Positions 27,704-32,000 of a stretch of 32,000 bases of DNA are shown one piece after another. Position numbers and translations under genes: made by a program. The stretch is from Candidatus Nitrosoglobus terrae. Its GTDB lineage: Bacteria > Pseudomonadota > Gammaproteobacteria > Nitrosococcales > Nitrosococcaceae. The stretch covers positions 1,643,091-1,675,090 of the forward strand of contig NZ_AP014836.1 in the NCBI RefSeq assembly GCF_002356115.1. The letters are read 5' to 3'. Position 1 is the stretch's first letter; each line of letters begins with the position of its first letter. Below the pieces are notes generated by a model. That model worked only from the letters and a program-made list of their open reading frames with translations. It was not told the DNA's origin and searched no databases.

Positions 27704-27885
27704 AGCTGACTACTCCATCATCCATATAGTTAAAGAAATCTATAGAGCCAAAATATCATTGAATCCTGAGGATTCTCTGGCGGTAGGTATTTAATACTAA
27801 TTTGGTTGCTTTCTGCCCCTCAACAGGGCAGCAGCAGGATTAGAATAGTCCAACGTAGACGGGTAGGCCTAAAACAAAGTAGATC

Positions 27886-27926
27886 AAAAAAAACTAGCTG
27901 ATTTATTGCTACGAGCATAGCACTAA
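27886..27926 (-). terminator. Weak candidate terminator after pssA
   Basis: In the minus-strand RNA, UUAGUGCUA-UGCUCG-UAGCAAUAA forms a 9-bp stem with one mismatch. After 9 nt there is a U8 tract (plus-strand A run 27886-27893). The geometry is non-canonical. Confidence 0.3.
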
Positions 27927-27968
27927 CATATCGAATTGCCAGTAAATACCGATGCTAATCATCTATTT

Positions 27969-28772
27969 TTATTCTTTACTATCCTCTTGATCGGCTGAAC
28001 CCAGAGAAGTATGGCGCTGTGCCTGATGCTGGCGAAGCCGCACTAAAGTAATCAATGGCCCAGATAAAGCGTATAGTAAAAACCCTATGAACAATATCTT
28101 AGGAGGATCAGATGATATTAGAATAAATACTAATACCATCCCAAAAATAGCCATAAATGGAACTTTATCTTGGTTATTTAAATTTCTAAAACTATGATAG
28201 CGAATATTACTTACCATAAGAATAGCCATCAGTATCGTTAAAATGAAGGCAGGAAACACAAGATCTGTACCATCAATGCCGGTATCTGTAGCAAACCATA
28301 CTAATCCAGCTAAACAAGCAGCAGCAGAAGGGCTTGCTAGCCCTTGAAAATAGCGCTTATCAATAACGCCTACCTGAGTATTAAAACGAGCTAACCGTAA
28401 GGCAGCACACGCTGTATAGAAAAAAGCAGCCGACCATCCTATCTTCCCTAAATCATGTAAAGTCCATTCATAAACTATTAACGCTGGGCCAAGCCCAAAA
28501 GAAACCATATCAGATAAACTGTCATACTCTGCCCCAAAAGCGCTCTGAGTATTAGTTAACCGAGCAATTCGCCCATCTATGCCATCCATTAACATCGCTA
28601 TAAAAATAGCAATTGCCGCTGTTTCAAACCGATCGTTTATAGCAGCAACAATGGCATAAAAACCAGCAAATAAGCCTGCTGTAGTAAGTAGGTTGGGAAG
28701 AAGATAAATTCCTCTACGATGCCGGTTATTGCTAGACCTTGTGGCTGTAAAAGCGTTTTGCTCCGAGTTCAC
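27969..28772 (-). CDS. pssA: CDP-diacylglycerol--serine O-phosphatidyltransferase
   Basis: 267 aa. The CDP-alcohol phosphotransferase motif is DGIDGRIAR...GAEYDSLSDMVSFG, and the protein has multiple TM segments. Confidence 0.9.
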   Translation of the reverse strand: MNSEQNAFTATRSSNNRHRRGIYLLPNLLTTAGLFAGFYAIVAAINDRFETAAIAIFIAMLMDGIDGRIARLTNTQSAFGAEYDSLSDMVSFGLGPALIVYEWTLHDLGKIGWSAAFFYTACAALRLARFNTQVGVIDKRYFQGLASPSAAACLAGLVWFATDTGIDGTDLVFPAFILTILMAILMVSNIRYHSFRNLNNQDKVPFMAIFGMVLVFILISSDPPKILFIGFLLYALSGPLITLVRLRQHQAQRHTSLGSADQEDSKE

Positions 28773-28777
28773 TAGAA

Positions 28778-29812
<1,035 letters not shown>

Positions 29813-29932
29813 CTATTTTTAGTTACGCTAGTAGATTGACACTTAAATAAATTAGCCCTCAGCGCGGACTTGCTCAATTCCTTACAAACTAAATGTAGAA
29901 AACGTCCTAAAACTGCTAATCTTTCAGTTTAT

Positions 29933-30427
29933 TTATAATTTTAGCGAGCTTCTCCCCCGAGAAATCCCCATTGTTCCTGAGCGAACAATTTCAAGAATCT
30001 TAAATTCCTTAAAAGCTTGAATAAAAGCATCCTGTTTACTTCCATTTCCTGTAAGCTCTATTGTATAAGTATTGTCAGTTGCATCAATAATGTGACCACG
30101 AAAAATATCGCTAAGACGCTTAGCCTCATCTCTTTCAGTCGCTAAAGTAACCTGTACTTTAAGTAGCATTAGCTCACGCTCAATATGAGCCCCCTCAGTG
30201 AGATCGCGAACCATAACTACGTCAACTAGCTTATTCAGCTGCTTTAGGATTTGTTCAATAATTGCTCCTGATCCTGAAGTTACTAAAGTCATACGCGATA
30301 GAGAAGAATCTTCTGTTGGAGCTACAGCAAGGGACTCAATATTGTAACCTCGAGCAGAAAATAAACCCGCAACCCGCGATAAAGCCCCTGATTCATTCTC
30401 CATTAGTAAGGAAATAATATGGCGCAT
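29933..30427 (-). CDS. ilvH: Acetolactate synthase small (regulatory) subunit
   Basis: The ACT domain starts MRHIISLLMENESGALSRVAGLFSARGYNIESL, so I trim the track start 30469 to ATG 30427, giving the typical 164 aa. Confidence 0.92.
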   Translation of the reverse strand: MRHIISLLMENESGALSRVAGLFSARGYNIESLAVAPTEDSSLSRMTLVTSGSGAIIEQILKQLNKLVDVVMVRDLTEGAHIERELMLLKVQVTLATERDEAKRLSDIFRGHIIDATDNTYTIELTGNGSKQDAFIQAFKEFKILEIVRSGTMGISRGRSSLKL

Positions 30428-30435
30428 AGTTAAGC

Positions 30436-32000
30436 TTACTCCCTCCTGAATGACTGTGGCGGGATGCACTCTGGAGCCAAATGCATCTCATGGTGACCTT
30501 TACCTTGAGCAATCATAGGGTATACATTCTCTGCCGGATCAGTAATGAAATCTAAAAAAACCAATCGATCCTTAAGAGCAAGCCCTTCTTTTAAGGCAGG
30601 TTCTACATCTTCTGGTTTTTCTATCTGCATTCCTATATGACCATAAGCCTCAGCTAATTTCACAAAATTAGGCAAAGCATCCATATATGAATGAGAATAA
30701 CGGCGATCATAGAAAAACTCTTGCCACTGACGCACCATGCCCATGTAACGGTTATTAAGGCTTACGATTTTTATGGGTAAAGAATACTGCATACATGTGG
30801 ACAGCTCTTGAATACACATCTGGATACTTGCCTCTCCGGTTACACAAGCAACCAAGGCATTAGGGTGTGCCAGCTGTACTCCCATAGCTGCTGGTAAACC
30901 AAACCCCATAGTTCCTAAACCTCCAGAATTGATCCAGCGTCTTGGTTTATCAAATTTATAGAATTGAGCTACCCACATCTGATGCTGGCCTACATCAGAG
31001 GTAATATAAGCTTCTTCTTTCGTGAGATCATAGAGCTTTTCGATAATATACTGAGGCTTAATTAGCTCATTATTTTGTTGATAACGTAAGCAGTAACAAC
31101 CTCTCCATTCTTCAATCTGAGCCCACCACTTAGCTATCATGGCCTGATTCGGTTTCTTACTTGTTCTCTTTAAAAGCTTAATCATTTCACCAAGCACTAA
31201 CTTAACATCTCCCACAATCGGAACATGCGCCCGCACATTTTTAGAGATGCTAGAGGGATCAATATCTATATGGATAATCTTAGCATAGGGACAAAACTGA
31301 TCTAAGTTACCCGTTATTCGATCGTCAAAACGAGCACCAATAGCAATTAATACGTCGCATTCATGCATCCCCATGTTAGCTTCATAGGTTCCATGCATTC
31401 CGAGCATACCTACAAATTGTGGATCAGTGCCAGGATAGGCGCCTAATCCCATCAAGGTATTTGTAACTGGATAACCTAGCAGCTTAGCAAATTCTGTTAA
31501 TGTTTCTGCTGCATTGCTGAGAATAACCCCTCCTCCTGTGTAAATCATAGGACGATGAGCAGATAAGATAAGATCAATTGCCTTTTCAAGCTGATCTGGA
31601 ATCCCCGTAGCTGCTAAATTACTGTAAGAACGGAGGGTGATTTTTTTAGGATAATGATATGGAATCTTAATATTAGGATCAGTCACATCTTTTGGAATAT
31701 CTACGACTACCGGCCCAGGACGACCGGTAGTGGCAATAAAAAAAGCTTTTTTGATAGTCAAAGCTAAATCATTTAGATCTTTAACTAGAAAGTTATGTTT
31801 AACACAAGGACGAGTAATGCCTACAGAATCCACCTCTTGAAAAGCATCACTACCTATAACAGCTCGCGGTACCTGGCCAGTAATTACAACCAAAGGGATA
31901 GAGTCCATATAAGCTGTAGCAATACCAGTAACTGCATTAGTGGCTCCTGGGCCAGAGGTGACTAATACTACACCCGCTTTACCACTAGCGCGCGCGTAAC
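30436..32000 (-). CDS. ilvI: Acetolactate synthase large (catalytic) subunit; N-terminus outside the window
   Basis: The track begins at an internal Met (31908). The frame stays open to the window edge and reads YARASGKAGVVLVTSGPGATNAVTGIATAYMDSIPLVVITGQV, the conserved AHAS N-terminal ThDP domain. The ThDP motif GGLGTMGFGLPAA lies further on. Confidence 0.95.
   Translation of the reverse strand, partial: YARASGKAGVVLVTSGPGATNAVTGIATAYMDSIPLVVITGQVPRAVIGSDAFQEVDSVGITRPCVKHNFLVKDLNDLALTIKKAFFIATTGRPGPVVVDIPKDVTDPNIKIPYHYPKKITLRSYSNLAATGIPDQLEKAIDLILSAHRPMIYTGGGVILSNAAETLTEFAKLLGYPVTNTLMGLGAYPGTDPQFVGMLGMHGTYEANMGMHECDVLIAIGARFDDRITGNLDQFCPYAKIIHIDIDPSSISKNVRAHVPIVGDVKLVLGEMIKLLKRTSKKPNQAMIAKWWAQIEEWRGCYCLRYQQNNELIKPQYIIEKLYDLTKEEAYITSDVGQHQMWVAQFYKFDKPRRWINSGGLGTMGFGLPAAMGVQLAHPNALVACVTGEASIQMCIQELSTCMQYSLPIKIVSLNNRYMGMVRQWQEFFYDRRYSHSYMDALPNFVKLAEAYGHIGMQIEKPEDVEPALKEGLALKDRLVFLDFITDPAENVYPMIAQGKGHHEMHLAPECIPPQSFRRE

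Noticed and set aside
30428-30469. A 14-codon N-terminal extension of ilvH overlapping the ilvI stop.
   Set aside because: The ACT domain of small subunits begins at MRHIISLLMENESGALSRV. ATG 30427 gives the canonical 164 aa and leaves an 8-nt gap after ilvI.

Overview
This 32-kb window is AT-rich (about 40% GC by eye, not computed), densely coded, and almost entirely core chromosome. It looks like a gammaproteobacterial ammonia oxidiser of the Nitrosococcus/Nitrosoglobus type; that assignment is inferred from my recollection of AmoA/AmoB/AmoC sequences and from rpe-gph-trpE synteny. The landmark is a complete copper membrane monooxygenase operon, amoC-amoA-amoB, on the minus strand (23072 down to 20068). 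It is followed by a gene in the amoD position and by two uncharacterised envelope genes. The other contents are listed below.

- **Envelope/polysaccharide corner:** a partial WecA/WbpL-like glycosyltransferase, a PEP-CTERM-tagged metzincin-like protein, cysC and manC.
- **SUF operon:** a complete Fe-S assembly operon (Rrf2 regulator-sufBCDS-sufU-sufT).
- **rpe-gph-trpE.**
- **MFS transporter:** an antisense gene that splits trpE from trpGDC.
- **Other housekeeping genes:** serB, rimI, a family-4 uracil-DNA glycosylase, leuA, pssA and ilvC-ilvH-ilvI (ilvI is cut by the window end).

I found no tRNA or rRNA genes, CRISPR arrays, transposases, integrases, phage genes or recognisable defence genes, and I cannot honestly point to a clear novel multi-gene system. 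The least explained material is:

- the amoD-slot protein, which has a predicted N-terminal His and a His/Asp-rich loop but no recognisable PmoD CuA motif;
- the lipoprotein plus 4-TM pair downstream of it;
- the PEP-CTERM metzincin;
- a 630-bp gap holding only a 37-codon membrane ORF;
- several perfect palindromes and hairpins in the amo, trp and leuA leader regions.
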